From a virus, in IMG/VR virus record IMGVR_UViG_3300034072_000375, positions 10,819 through 74,818 of that record: a DNA stretch of 64,000 nucleotides. The stretch is one strand, 5' to 3'. The position numbers and the translations under genes were made by a program. Positions 17,767 through 26,821 of the stretch are shown here, one piece after another. Position 1 is the first letter of the stretch, and each line of letters opens with the position of its first letter. A model generated the notes under the pieces. It had not been told where the DNA came from and ran no database searches. It saw only the letters and a list, made by a program, of their open reading frames with translations.

Positions 17767-19965
17767 ATGAAATTAGAAAGTCTTTTTGTTTTTGACATCG
17801 AAACATACAAAGAAGTATTCACCTTCAGCGTTGTTCGCGCAGACGGAAAGTTCAAGAAGACTTTCTCTTGTTCTAAGTTTAAGAATGAAATTGAAGGAAT
17901 CTTCAAGTGCTTGGACTATCTGCACGACAACGACTATTATCTAGTTGGGTTCAACTCCAATCAATTTGACTGGCCTATTATTCAACAACTCATAGACAAG
18001 CGATCAAAGTTACCAAAATCAGGTAGAGCAATTGCTTCTTATGTTTTTGAACTTGCACAAAAACAGATTGATTCTTTTCGCGGAGAGGGGTTTGGTAATA
18101 CGGTAAAGTACGAAGATCAGTACGTAAAGCAAATTGACTTGTTCAAAGTTCATCACTTTGACAACCGCAATCGCATGACAAGCCTGAAGTTGATTGAATT
18201 CAATCTGCGCATGGACAACCTAGAAGACTTACCGTATGACATTCATTCGGAACTTACGGAAGAAATGATTGCAGATATCATCTTCTACAACGAGCATGAT
18301 GTTGAGGCAACTCGATTGTTTCTGCATCAGTCGATCCCTCAGATTGAATTTCGTTTTCAGCTTACTGAAAAGTACGGAAAGAGTTTTCTAAATCACAATG
18401 ACGGTAAGATTGGTAAAGATTACTTTCAGATGGAACTTGAAAACAGAGGTGTAAAACTTCATACGTTCAAGAACGGTAAAAAAGTACTCAAACAAACACC
18501 ACGATCAAAGATTAACATTGGTGAGTGCTTGTTTAGTTATTATGACTTCAAGCGACCAGAGTGCATTGCAGTGAAGGAATGGTTTAGTGAACAAACTATT
18601 TCAGAAACCAAAGGTGTATTCTCTGACATTGAAGAACATCGTCTAGGTGAAGTTGCTCAGTACGCAGAGATGACAGTAAAGCGAAAGAAGTTCAAGGGAG
18701 TTCCTTCTGAAAAAGATCGTGAAGTCTTTCTAAAGGAACATCCTTGTGGATGGATTGAAGAAGAAGAACTGAAAGCTACAGAGTACTTGTTTGACAGTGA
18801 AGGTAATCACGTAACGGAGTACCCTTTGGATTCTGAAGGCTCACCTGATTTCACAAAGAAACCGAAAAAGGTTCGTGTACCGAAGAAATCCTACTGGGGT
18901 TGCTATCGAGTAGCTGAGACATTGAACATTCTTTTGGATGGTCTTCGCGTTGACTTTGGTGTAGGAGGTATTCATGCTAGCTTGTCTGAAAAGCTTGTAA
19001 GGGAAACTAGCAAATACAAGATTCTCGACGCCGATGTAAGTTCAATGTACCCTAACATCGCAATCAGCAATCGTGTGTACCCTGAACATCTAGGAGAGGA
19101 GTTTTGTGACATTTACTTGGATGTGTACGAACAACGTAAGTCCTATGCGAAAGGTACACCTGAAAATGCAATGCTAAAGCTTGCATTGAACTCTGTTTAC
19201 GGGGACTCAAATAACCAATACAGCGTGTTCTATGATCCGATGTACACAATGAAGATTACTGTCAATGGTCAATTGTCGTTGTTGATGCTTGCGGAAAGAC
19301 TTCTGGAAATTGAAGGACTGAAACTTGTTCAGTTGAACACAGATGGTCTAACTGTCGCCCTACCAAGAGACAAGGAAGATGAGTACTCTGCTGTGTGCAA
19401 GAAATGGGAATCAGATGTTGGTTTGGAACTTGAGTTTGTAGAATACGAAAGAATGATGATTCGTGATGTAAACTCTTACTTAGCAATCTACAAGAAAGGT
19501 GGTGTAAAGCGCAAGGGGGCTTATCAGTACGAAGGTCTTGGCTGGCACCAGAATCAGTCTTCGTTGGTCATCCCGATGGCTGCTGAAGCTGCAATGGTGA
19601 AAGGTGAAGAAATTGAGTCATTTGTCCGAGAGCACTTTGCTAAAGGTAATAAGTTCGATTTCATGCTTCGCACCAAAGTTGACAAGAGTTCCAAACTCGT
19701 GTTAGTATCCGATGAAGGTGTTGATGTTGAGCAACAGAGAATCTGCCGATACTATCCGTCTAAGAACGGTGGTAAGCTAGTGAAATTGATGAAAGCACTT
19801 CCTGATTCAGAAGATAAGTCAGATCGTAGGTTGTCAATTGACTCGCAATGGAAAGTCAAAACATGCAACAATATGAAAGATTTCGACGGTGATGTTGACT
19901 TTGATTACTATGTGCAGGAAGCCGAAAAGCTTGTAATTCGTAAAGTGACGGAAAAACCACAATGA
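17767..19965 (+). CDS. family B DNA polymerase
   Basis: Exo motifs FDIET, GFN..FD, YN..DV; polymerase motifs DVSSMYP, KLALNSVYG, NTDG. Confidence 0.92.
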   Translation: MKLESLFVFDIETYKEVFTFSVVRADGKFKKTFSCSKFKNEIEGIFKCLDYLHDNDYYLVGFNSNQFDWPIIQQLIDKRSKLPKSGRAIASYVFELAQKQIDSFRGEGFGNTVKYEDQYVKQIDLFKVHHFDNRNRMTSLKLIEFNLRMDNLEDLPYDIHSELTEEMIADIIFYNEHDVEATRLFLHQSIPQIEFRFQLTEKYGKSFLNHNDGKIGKDYFQMELENRGVKLHTFKNGKKVLKQTPRSKINIGECLFSYYDFKRPECIAVKEWFSEQTISETKGVFSDIEEHRLGEVAQYAEMTVKRKKFKGVPSEKDREVFLKEHPCGWIEEEELKATEYLFDSEGNHVTEYPLDSEGSPDFTKKPKKVRVPKKSYWGCYRVAETLNILLDGLRVDFGVGGIHASLSEKLVRETSKYKILDADVSSMYPNIAISNRVYPEHLGEEFCDIYLDVYEQRKSYAKGTPENAMLKLALNSVYGDSNNQYSVFYDPMYTMKITVNGQLSLLMLAERLLEIEGLKLVQLNTDGLTVALPRDKEDEYSAVCKKWESDVGLELEFVEYERMMIRDVNSYLAIYKKGGVKRKGAYQYEGLGWHQNQSSLVIPMAAEAAMVKGEEIESFVREHFAKGNKFDFMLRTKVDKSSKLVLVSDEGVDVEQQRICRYYPSKNGGKLVKLMKALPDSEDKSDRRLSIDSQWKVKTCNNMKDFDGDVDFDYYVQEAEKLVIRKVTEKPQ

Positions 19966-20130
19966 CACACTTCCACTACTTCTATTGCAGTGAATTCTCC
20001 TGTATAATCAAGTTATCCTCCTCAGGAACAGAACTCCAGCGAATCAGCATCCCTCGTTCCGACCTGATGAAACTTGCCCTCGTTTGCTGGGAGAATTCGA
20101 TTGATAAACTTGCTACGGAAAGGGAATGAG

Positions 20131-20337
20131 ATGAACAGACAAGAACTTAAAGAAGCACTCCGTGATCTTGCACAGCAAGACCCTGAATTCATGAAGGAAC
20201 TGATCGGAGAGGTTGTCAAGAGTAATCTGTCCATTTGTACTGCATCAGACGGAGACTACTACAATCCGGGAATTACCTATGTTTTGGAGTGGAAGACTGA
20301 CGACTACAGTTATGAAGAATTTTCCAAGGCATACTAA
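20131..20337 (+). CDS. hypothetical protein
   Basis: Likely start MNRQEL after AAGGGA. Confidence 0.6.
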   Translation: MNRQELKEALRDLAQQDPEFMKELIGEVVKSNLSICTASDGDYYNPGITYVLEWKTDDYSYEEFSKAY

Positions 20338-20585
20338 TGCACAAGTATCAACAAAAGATTTGGACAAAACAGAGTCCTCGTGATAAGATGATCAGGAACC
20401 GTACTTTCGGTGTAACCCCAGGTTGCATCCCTGACCCAAAGAAAGGTTACAAGCGCTTTGAACGTTGGCTTAAACGTCCTCGGAAAGCTATTGAGTTGTA
20501 TTGGCGAGTACGATGGGTTAAGACTTGGCAGGATATGCAAGGACGCAACGTGGTTGCGGCTGCTCTGCGTAAGGGTTTACATTGA
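20337..20585 (+). CDS. basic hypothetical protein
   Basis: TAATG coupling with the upstream ORF. Confidence 0.55.
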   Translation: MHKYQQKIWTKQSPRDKMIRNRTFGVTPGCIPDPKKGYKRFERWLKRPRKAIELYWRVRWVKTWQDMQGRNVVAAALRKGLH

Positions 20586-20617
20586 AGTAGCAAAAATACA
20601 ACACAGCAAGAAAAAGA

Positions 20618-20647
20618 TTGCACAGAGTAAAGAAGCTGTGCTATAAT
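20618..20647 (+). promoter_or_regulatory. sigma70 promoter
   Basis: TTGCAC-18-TATAAT with TGTG extension. Confidence 0.6.
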
Positions 20648-20685
20648 TCAAGGCGACGACTAAGTCTAGCCGTCTTTCAGGTTAT

Positions 20686-20760
20686 GCAACAGTAGCTCAG
20701 TTGGTAGAGCAAATTACAGGGATGTGACGTAAGACGGTGCTTCGAGAACACCCCGTTGCT
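20686..20760 (+). pseudogene. degenerate tRNA-like element
   Basis: GCAACAG/CCGTTGC acceptor (1 mismatch), canonical D arm TAGCTCAGTTGGTAGAGC, TTCGA T-loop; anticodon arm irregular, no CCA. Confidence 0.6.
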
Positions 20761-20772
20761 TTTAGATTTTAA

Positions 20773-21036
20773 ATGAAAGGAGAAGATATGAAAGCAGAAA
20801 TTGTAGGAAACACAAAAGGTTTTAAGCCTGTGTCAATTCAACTTACGTTTCAAACTAAGTCTGAACTTGCAGCTTGGCTTTTGATGACAAATGATTGGAC
20901 TGTTACTGAAGTTACTGTCGGGGATCAGCTTGCGCATAATCCAGAGTTTGAAGAGTACGATCCGATGAGTGTTGATTTTCAGGCTCTGACTGCTGGAGAT
21001 ATTTGGCAAGAATTGCGCACGCATTTGAATAAGTAA
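20773..21036 (+). CDS. hypothetical protein
   Basis: AAGGAG RBS (start probably MKAEIV). Confidence 0.7.
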   Translation: MKGEDMKAEIVGNTKGFKPVSIQLTFQTKSELAAWLLMTNDWTVTEVTVGDQLAHNPEFEEYDPMSVDFQALTAGDIWQELRTHLNK

Positions 21037-21126
21037 GATTTCTTAATCGGAAAAGAAGTTCGTGATCTTCCATAAAATCACATTTTCGTTAACACATTTC
21101 CAATACATAAGAAAGGGAAAATACAC

Positions 21127-21753
21127 ATGGCTATTTCTAAACTCACCGGCACTCTAGTATACGTGCAGCTTGACACCCCAAAGCCTTGCTTTGATGCAGA
21201 GAAGGGCACTGAATGGAAGGCAAGCATTGTTGTCTCGGAAGATGACGCAGATGAATGGAACGATGCTTATCCAAAGCAAAAAGCCAAGGAGGTAAAGACT
21301 TCTGAGTTTGAGGAAATCTACAAGATTCCTGCACCATTCGCAGATCAACGCAAGCAGTACATTATTACTCTTCGCAAGAACACCAAGCTGGCTAACGGTA
21401 ATCCTGTTCCTCCGCAGTACACACCGAAGGTATTCCAGCAGAAGGGTAAGACTTTGGTTGAAATCACAAGTTCTGTTCTGGTGGCTAATGGCTCTGAAGG
21501 ACAAATCTCTGTTGATCACTATGATGCCAAGATGGGGCCAGTTGCACGACTCAAGAACGTCAAGGTTGATACTTTGATTGAGTACGTGAAGCCAGAGGGT
21601 TCGGGTTACGAAAGTGGCTCCGAGTTTGATTCAGCAGATGATGGTAATGGGGGCACGGTCAAGGTTCCTGCTAAGGCTAAGACTGTAGCAGCACCGAAGG
21701 GTAAGAAGCCTCCGGTTGATTCAGATGGTGACAGCGACAGCGATCCATTCTGA
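21127..21753 (+). CDS. single-stranded DNA-binding protein (T7 gp2.5-like)
   Basis: G.LVYVQL..P, VANGSEG, acidic C-terminal tail ending DSDPF. Confidence 0.8.
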   Translation: MAISKLTGTLVYVQLDTPKPCFDAEKGTEWKASIVVSEDDADEWNDAYPKQKAKEVKTSEFEEIYKIPAPFADQRKQYIITLRKNTKLANGNPVPPQYTPKVFQQKGKTLVEITSSVLVANGSEGQISVDHYDAKMGPVARLKNVKVDTLIEYVKPEGSGYESGSEFDSADDGNGGTVKVPAKAKTVAAPKGKKPPVDSDGDSDSDPF

Positions 21754-21759
21754 TGCAAT

Positions 21760-21861
21760 CTAAAGCCCCTTAAAGGTACTTTCTAGGTCAGGTAATACCC
21801 TTGCCTACCTAGATTACTTAAAGGGCTTATAGAGCGGTTTAAAGCGTTCTAGGGCCTTCTA
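21760..21861. repeat. phased intergenic element, copy 3
   Basis: TAA/TAG at 21761, 21771, 21784, 21810, 21819, 21830, 21840, 21850, 21860; related core TCAGGTAATACCCTTGCCTACC. Confidence 0.6.
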
Positions 21862-21862
21862 T

Positions 21863-21936
21863 CCTCGGTTATCATAACTGGACAATGAACGAATCTTCTA
21901 AATTCGACTATACTCGTTCAAATCGAGTACCGAGGG
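21863..21936 (+). tRNA. tRNA-Arg(UCU)
   Basis: Full cloverleaf: CCTCGGT/ACCGAGG, TCAT/ATGA, CGAAT-CTTCTAA-ATTCG, ACTCG-TTCAAAT-CGAGT; CCA not encoded. Confidence 0.85.
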
Positions 21937-22260
21937 CAGAGGGTCTTAGGACTAGAAATATTTGAAAGGAGAAAACATGAGCAAAATCTGGGTAGTAACC
22001 CAACAAGGTATCCCAATCATGGCGTATAATCAATCTGAAGTAACTCCACTTGAACTGTGGGAGAAGCACTTGGGTTGTTCTGTGTTTGATGTTGAAGTTC
22101 AATAAGGAGGTTTAGATGAAGTATGTAGCTAAGTTTGTAAATGGAGCGTGGGTTTCTTTCAACACAGAAACCTATGAGAACACACAAGTCTTTTATCTTC
22201 GCAAGGATGCGGAAGAAGCGGTGAAGAAGATGAACAACAATCAACGAGGAGGTAAGTAAT

Positions 22261-22449
22261 ATGCAAAAGACCACCCAACAAAAGCCCATTACTGCATGGG
22301 CAGTAGAAATCGAAGGTAAGATTGATCCAGACTTTGTATTCAATAGTCGTGCTACAGCGCGGCATGTTCGGAATACTGAAGCCTCTGTTGGTTTGTATAA
22401 GAAGATTTCAGTGCGTAAGTTGCAACTGATTCCAGTGAAGGGGCGATAA
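22261..22449 (+). CDS. hypothetical protein
   Basis: GGAGG RBS. Confidence 0.6.
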   Translation: MQKTTQQKPITAWAVEIEGKIDPDFVFNSRATARHVRNTEASVGLYKKISVRKLQLIPVKGR

Positions 22450-22451
22450 AC

Positions 22452-22754
22452 ATGAGTGAGATTCTTAAGACCATTCTACTGAAAGACGAAGAAGAAGCTA
22501 AGTACTTCGCATGGGGTGATCATCAGGATTTTGACATTGTAGAAACTGTCAAGGACTATGATGCTCTCTACAAGGATTATTGTCCCGCCACTACGATTGC
22601 AAAGCATATTGAAACTGGTAAGTTCTATGCTCTTGATTGGGATTCTTATGAAAGTCACTACGGTTGTGGAGAGGACATGTTCAATGAACTTTCTGTCTAT
22701 GAAGTAGAGCAACAAGAAGAAGTCCGAGTAACTAAAACATGGGTAGCAGTTTGA
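22452..22754 (+). CDS. hypothetical protein
   Basis: Operon packing. Confidence 0.7.
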   Translation: MSEILKTILLKDEEEAKYFAWGDHQDFDIVETVKDYDALYKDYCPATTIAKHIETGKFYALDWDSYESHYGCGEDMFNELSVYEVEQQEEVRVTKTWVAV

Positions 22755-22948
22755 CTAACTACGAAACATTTGTACTGACAATCGGGTATATCGCTTTCAT
22801 CTTGTCTATCCTAGCTGTGATTGGTATCGGTGGTGTACTGACGGTTATCTCTGCGGCAGTTTGCTTGGTGGTGCATTATCCGATTAAGTTAAGTGATTGG
22901 GTGCTGAGTAAAGTACGAAGCATCTCAGCGAAGCGGGTTTTGAAGTAA
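22739..22948 (+). CDS. small membrane protein
   Basis: Long hydrophobic stretch. Confidence 0.5.
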   Translation: MGSSLTNYETFVLTIGYIAFILSILAVIGIGGVLTVISAAVCLVVHYPIKLSDWVLSKVRSISAKRVLK

Positions 22949-22969
22949 GGTTTTTAAGAAAGGAAATAA

Positions 22970-23170
22970 ATGAAATATGTAGCTATTATTGGTGCTTTGG
23001 TTGTGCTGCTTGGGGTTATTATTGCAGGCCCGTTGCTTACTATAAGTGCTCTGAATACGTTGTTCGGTTTGAATATCGCTTATACAGTGTGGACATATCT
23101 GAGCGTTATGTGGTTGAACATCACAACTTTCGGTGGTTTGGGTTTGTCGATTCGTAGTTTGAAGAAATAA
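22970..23170 (+). CDS. small membrane protein
   Basis: GPLLTISALNTLFGLNIAYT; two TM helices; AAGGA RBS. Confidence 0.75.
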   Translation: MKYVAIIGALVVLLGVIIAGPLLTISALNTLFGLNIAYTVWTYLSVMWLNITTFGGLGLSIRSLKK

Positions 23171-23180
23171 TTTAAAGGAG

Positions 23181-23402
23181 GTGAATATGGTGGCCGCGCC
23201 CCAACTAATAGTAGCTGTTATAGCACTCCCGTTGTTCTTCATGCTTACAATGATGGTGGGGTTTTCAGTACCTTACTTTGGTGTTATCATTATTAACGCT
23301 TTGTTCGGTACTAATATTGTGTTTGCAGTATGGATGCATTGGGTATGCGTGGTAAGTTTTGTGATTGCAGTATTTTATGCTGCATTTAAAATGAAAGGAT
23401 AA
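23181..23402 (+). CDS. small membrane protein, apparent paralogue of the preceding gene
   Basis: INALFGTNIVF vs LNTLFGLNIAY; AGGAGG RBS. Confidence 0.7.
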   Translation: MNMVAAPQLIVAVIALPLFFMLTMMVGFSVPYFGVIIINALFGTNIVFAVWMHWVCVVSFVIAVFYAAFKMKG

Positions 23403-23571
23403 CTGTGTTTACATTGCAAGACTTTGTAATTGCTTTTGAGAAGTGGGAGAATGATTACCGAGTTAATCCCACTAATTACTACACACCAGATGAAACAGCA
23501 GGATTGGAAGTCAGTGCTGTGTCTGTTGGTCGTGCGGAATATTTTATGGATTTGTTGACTGAAAATAAGGA

Positions 23572-23817
23572 GTGAATATGACCGAAGAAGTAAAGAAGAC
23601 TAAGGCTGAGTTGGTTGAAGCAATGAAACGTGAATTCTGCGAGGTAGAAAGCATCATGGAAAACGTAGCTGAATTGAAGGCTCAAGCTAAGGAAGCTGGT
23701 TATGATGCTACATTGCTGGCAAAGATTGCTAAGAGTATGGCTGAGAATCGAGTTGATGAAGTCTTGGAGAAAAACGAGATTTTTGCTAGTCTAGTAGATG
23801 AAGTAAGAAACGGATGA
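23572..23817 (+). CDS. GapR/DUF2312-like DNA-binding protein
   Basis: Helical ELKAQAKEAGYDATLLAKI pattern typical of the GapR/DUF2312 family. Confidence 0.65.
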   Translation: MNMTEEVKKTKAELVEAMKREFCEVESIMENVAELKAQAKEAGYDATLLAKIAKSMAENRVDEVLEKNEIFASLVDEVRNG

Positions 23818-24563
23818 AAAAGTTGTATCACGAGGGTATGATCTTCTTATCCTCATATGGGACTAAGGCTATACTGGTAAAACGTTTAGACTACAAAAGG
23901 TGCATTCTGAGGGTAGAAAATACAGACGTGGAATTTATGTCATATCTTACTCTTCTGCCATCAGGAAAATTTAAAACCCCTTATTGTAAAACAACCTATG
24001 GGGTCGGGTATATAGGAAGTGAGAGTGCTGAAAGCCTTATACACTCACCTGTACATAGAGTTTGGAGCAATATGATTAAAAGGTGCTATACGGACTATAA
24101 AGGAAATAGGTCGCCAGATGTTTATTCAGATACATTCGTAGAAGAATCGTGGCATAATTTTAGTATCTTCAGTGCATGGTATCTTGAAAGAGAGAAATTG
24201 TTTCTAGGTACAAACATAAAACCTAAGCTGGATAAAGATTTGCTCAGTGGGAGCGATCAGGTTTATTCTGAAAAGACTTGTTGCCTAATACCTCATGCTA
24301 TTAATTGTGCTTTAATTGAAAGAAAAAAGAGAGGAAACTTACCCTTAGGAGTTGTTAAACACAAGAAAGAATATTATGCAAAAATAATGGTAGAATCTTG
24401 TGAAAAAGTAATAGGCAATTACACCACTCCAGAAGAAGCTTCGAGAGCATATATTTCCGCTAAGAAAGAGGTGATAAAACAACTTGCATGTAAATACAGA
24501 GATGTTCTTGAAGAGCACGTGTATGGTAAGTTAATTAACTGGGAACCGAAAAGAATTTTTTGA
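23814..24563 (+). CDS. free-standing HNH-type homing endonuclease
   Basis: YGVGYIG..WSNMIKRCY..W.NFS.F..W..LDKDLL..YSEKTCCLIP..IN; same family as 16807. Confidence 0.8.
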   Translation: MKKLYHEGMIFLSSYGTKAILVKRLDYKRCILRVENTDVEFMSYLTLLPSGKFKTPYCKTTYGVGYIGSESAESLIHSPVHRVWSNMIKRCYTDYKGNRSPDVYSDTFVEESWHNFSIFSAWYLEREKLFLGTNIKPKLDKDLLSGSDQVYSEKTCCLIPHAINCALIERKKRGNLPLGVVKHKKEYYAKIMVESCEKVIGNYTTPEEASRAYISAKKEVIKQLACKYRDVLEEHVYGKLINWEPKRIF

Positions 24564-24576
24564 AAAGGAGAGACTA

Positions 24577-25551
24577 TTGAGTAAAGTAATTGCACTTATT
24601 GACCTCGATACCCCTGTGTACAAAGCTGCTGCTGCGGTTGAAGAGAGAGGAATTATTGTTACTCACTCTCCTACAGGAATTCAGAAATCCTTTAGTACAC
24701 GGACAGAGTTCAAGGACTTGCTGAAAAGCAAAGATAAGATTGACAAATTAAGTGAGTACGAGATTGAAGATACACAAGAAGCTGAACCAGCAGAACATGC
24801 TTTTCATGTCTTGAATAATCACATTAAGTTTATCCTTGATTCATTTTGGTGTGATGAGGTCATTTATATGATTTCAGGAAAGACTAACTTTCGCTCTGAT
24901 CTTCCTCTACCAACAAAGTACAAGTCCAATCGGGTTGGTTTGAAACCATTGCTTTTGAAACAAGTCCAGACTTACGCATGGAAGAAGTACAAAGCAATTG
25001 TCACTCAAAACGAAGAGCCTGATGACATGCAGGTGTGGATGGGTTACGAAATTTTGAAACGAGGAGATATTCCAATTCTTTGTACCGGAGACAAGGATTC
25101 CAAGGCGTACTCTGGTTTGTCTTTGTTTAACCCCGATAAACCAGAAGAAGGAGTTCAAGTGATTCCTGATCTTGGTAGTATCTGGGAAGATGATAAGGGC
25201 AAAGTCAGAGCACTAGGAATGAAGCAGTACGGACTCCAGCAACTGATAGGTGACGGAACAGACGGTTTCAAACCCACAGACTTGTGCGGGGTTAAGTTCG
25301 GGGAGAAGTCCGCATTGAAGTTGCTTGAACCTTGCAAGACCGAGAAAGAAGTTCTAGAAGTGGTTGTACAGCAATATCAGAAGTGGTATCCTACTCCATT
25401 TGAATACACAGCTTGGAATGGTGCTAAGATTGAAAGTGACTGGAAGCATATGCTGAACCTCTATCACGCTTGCTGCCGAATGAAAGAGACTAAGGACGAT
25501 CCATTGATTGCGTATGATTTCTATAAACGTTATGGAGTGACACTGGAATGA
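24577..25551 (+). CDS. 5'-3' exonuclease (T7 gp6/RNase H-like)
   Basis: LIDLD, NFR..YKSNR, EPDD, DKD, GDGTDG, GEKSA. Confidence 0.9.
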   Translation: MSKVIALIDLDTPVYKAAAAVEERGIIVTHSPTGIQKSFSTRTEFKDLLKSKDKIDKLSEYEIEDTQEAEPAEHAFHVLNNHIKFILDSFWCDEVIYMISGKTNFRSDLPLPTKYKSNRVGLKPLLLKQVQTYAWKKYKAIVTQNEEPDDMQVWMGYEILKRGDIPILCTGDKDSKAYSGLSLFNPDKPEEGVQVIPDLGSIWEDDKGKVRALGMKQYGLQQLIGDGTDGFKPTDLCGVKFGEKSALKLLEPCKTEKEVLEVVVQQYQKWYPTPFEYTAWNGAKIESDWKHMLNLYHACCRMKETKDDPLIAYDFYKRYGVTLE

Positions 25552-25748
25552 TTCAAATCAAAACACAAGAACTTCGTGATGCTGTGCAAGCTACTTATGA
25601 GTTCGACAAGGAACATGGTAAATGCACTGACGAAAGTACAGGACAATTTACGGGAAACTTTTATCACGAGACTTATGAGTTTGACGGTAAGAGTAAAACG
25701 TATTACTTTGACTCAGGGAAGTTGTTTGGTTATGAGGACGTAGCATGA
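25548..25748 (+). CDS. hypothetical protein
   Basis: ATGA coupling. Confidence 0.6.
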   Translation: MIQIKTQELRDAVQATYEFDKEHGKCTDESTGQFTGNFYHETYEFDGKSKTYYFDSGKLFGYEDVA

Positions 25749-25969
25749 GCAGCAGAATTACTTTCATTGACAACAACATTGACTCAGGGGATTGGTGCGT
25801 GGTCATCTTAAATGGTGAAGTGATTCACGAAGGACATGAATACCCGAGAGGAACTTGGTTTGTGGAATTTTTTGAGTTGTACCAAGGGATCGCAGAAACT
25901 GTTGAACACATTGGAATGACAGACGAAGAGATTCTGAATTGGAGGGAAGTACTTTATGGTGAAGAATGA
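25745..25969 (+). CDS. hypothetical protein
   Basis: ATGA coupling. Confidence 0.6.
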   Translation: MSSRITFIDNNIDSGDWCVVILNGEVIHEGHEYPRGTWFVEFFELYQGIAETVEHIGMTDEEILNWREVLYGEE

Positions 25970-26595
25970 CATTTAAATGCATCAGATGCAACTGCGAAAG
26001 CTACTCCGTCAGAAACCTAATGGATGACCTTCAGGGATACTGCACTTGTAATGAGTGCGGGGCGCATCAGAGGCTTCACAGAGAGGTTAAGGAGGAACCT
26101 AAGCATCTTTATTCACCAACTGACGTAGCAAAGGTTCGTAAGATTCTTTATGAAGAACAAGGAGGTAAGGATGCTCTCACAGGTCTAGAGCTACCAACAG
26201 ACAAGTTGTGTCTAGATCATTGCCATCAAAGTCAATTTGTTCGTGGAGTTCTTCACCGTCAAGTCAATGCAGCTTTGGGGAAACTGGAGGGGGTTCATAC
26301 AAGATACTTGAGCTACTGGTACTCTGATACACTTCCTGACTTCCTACGACAAGCTGCAGATTACCTTGAAAAAGAACAAGATACTCGGTACGTTCACCCC
26401 GGCTGGTTGAAGAAAGCTCAGACGATGTTCAACAGCCTTCCAGAAGGCGATAAGAAGGCTGTTTTAGAGGCTCTAGGGCAGAGGCAAGGGGGTAACAGCA
26501 CCGAACGTAAAAAGCTCTTTAAAAAGGCTTTGCTGACCCGGAAGTTTAGTTATGAGCAGGTGAAAACAATGATTGAAGAAAGGAAGAAGCAATGA
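25966..26595 (+). CDS. endonuclease VII-like resolvase with extra N-terminal Zn ribbon
   Basis: EQGG...LDHCH...VRGVLHRQVNAALGK; N-terminal CIRC..CNEC. Confidence 0.85.
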   Translation: MTFKCIRCNCESYSVRNLMDDLQGYCTCNECGAHQRLHREVKEEPKHLYSPTDVAKVRKILYEEQGGKDALTGLELPTDKLCLDHCHQSQFVRGVLHRQVNAALGKLEGVHTRYLSYWYSDTLPDFLRQAADYLEKEQDTRYVHPGWLKKAQTMFNSLPEGDKKAVLEALGQRQGGNSTERKKLFKKALLTRKFSYEQVKTMIEERKKQ

Positions 26596-26819
26596 AATTT
26601 AAACTACAAGCAACTCACGATGACGGTACAGTTGTTACTCATGAATTTGAAGAGAATTCGTGGTATGCTGCGTTAGATAACTTCGTGAAGTTTCTACGAG
26701 GTAACGGTTATTTTGTTAGCGACAAAAGTGTAGGTATCAATCTGAAAGCAGGGCATTACTGCTATAGTGAAGATGAGCCTTACTACAACATTACATTCTT
26801 TGAACAAGAAAAGGAGTAA
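26592..26819 (+). CDS. hypothetical protein
   Basis: FVKFLRGNGY motif common in phage small proteins. Confidence 0.7.
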   Translation: MKFKLQATHDDGTVVTHEFEENSWYAALDNFVKFLRGNGYFVSDKSVGINLKAGHYCYSEDEPYYNITFFEQEKE

Positions 26820-26821
26820 AT

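Noticed and set aside
18690-18910. Intein in the DNA polymerase
   Set aside because: Too short; no C/S start, HN-C/S/T end or LAGLIDADG blocks
21049-21090. Hairpin upstream of the SSB gene as a gp32-like autoregulatory pseudoknot
   Set aside because: Only 4-5-bp helices in AT-rich sequence; not distinguishable from chance without homologues
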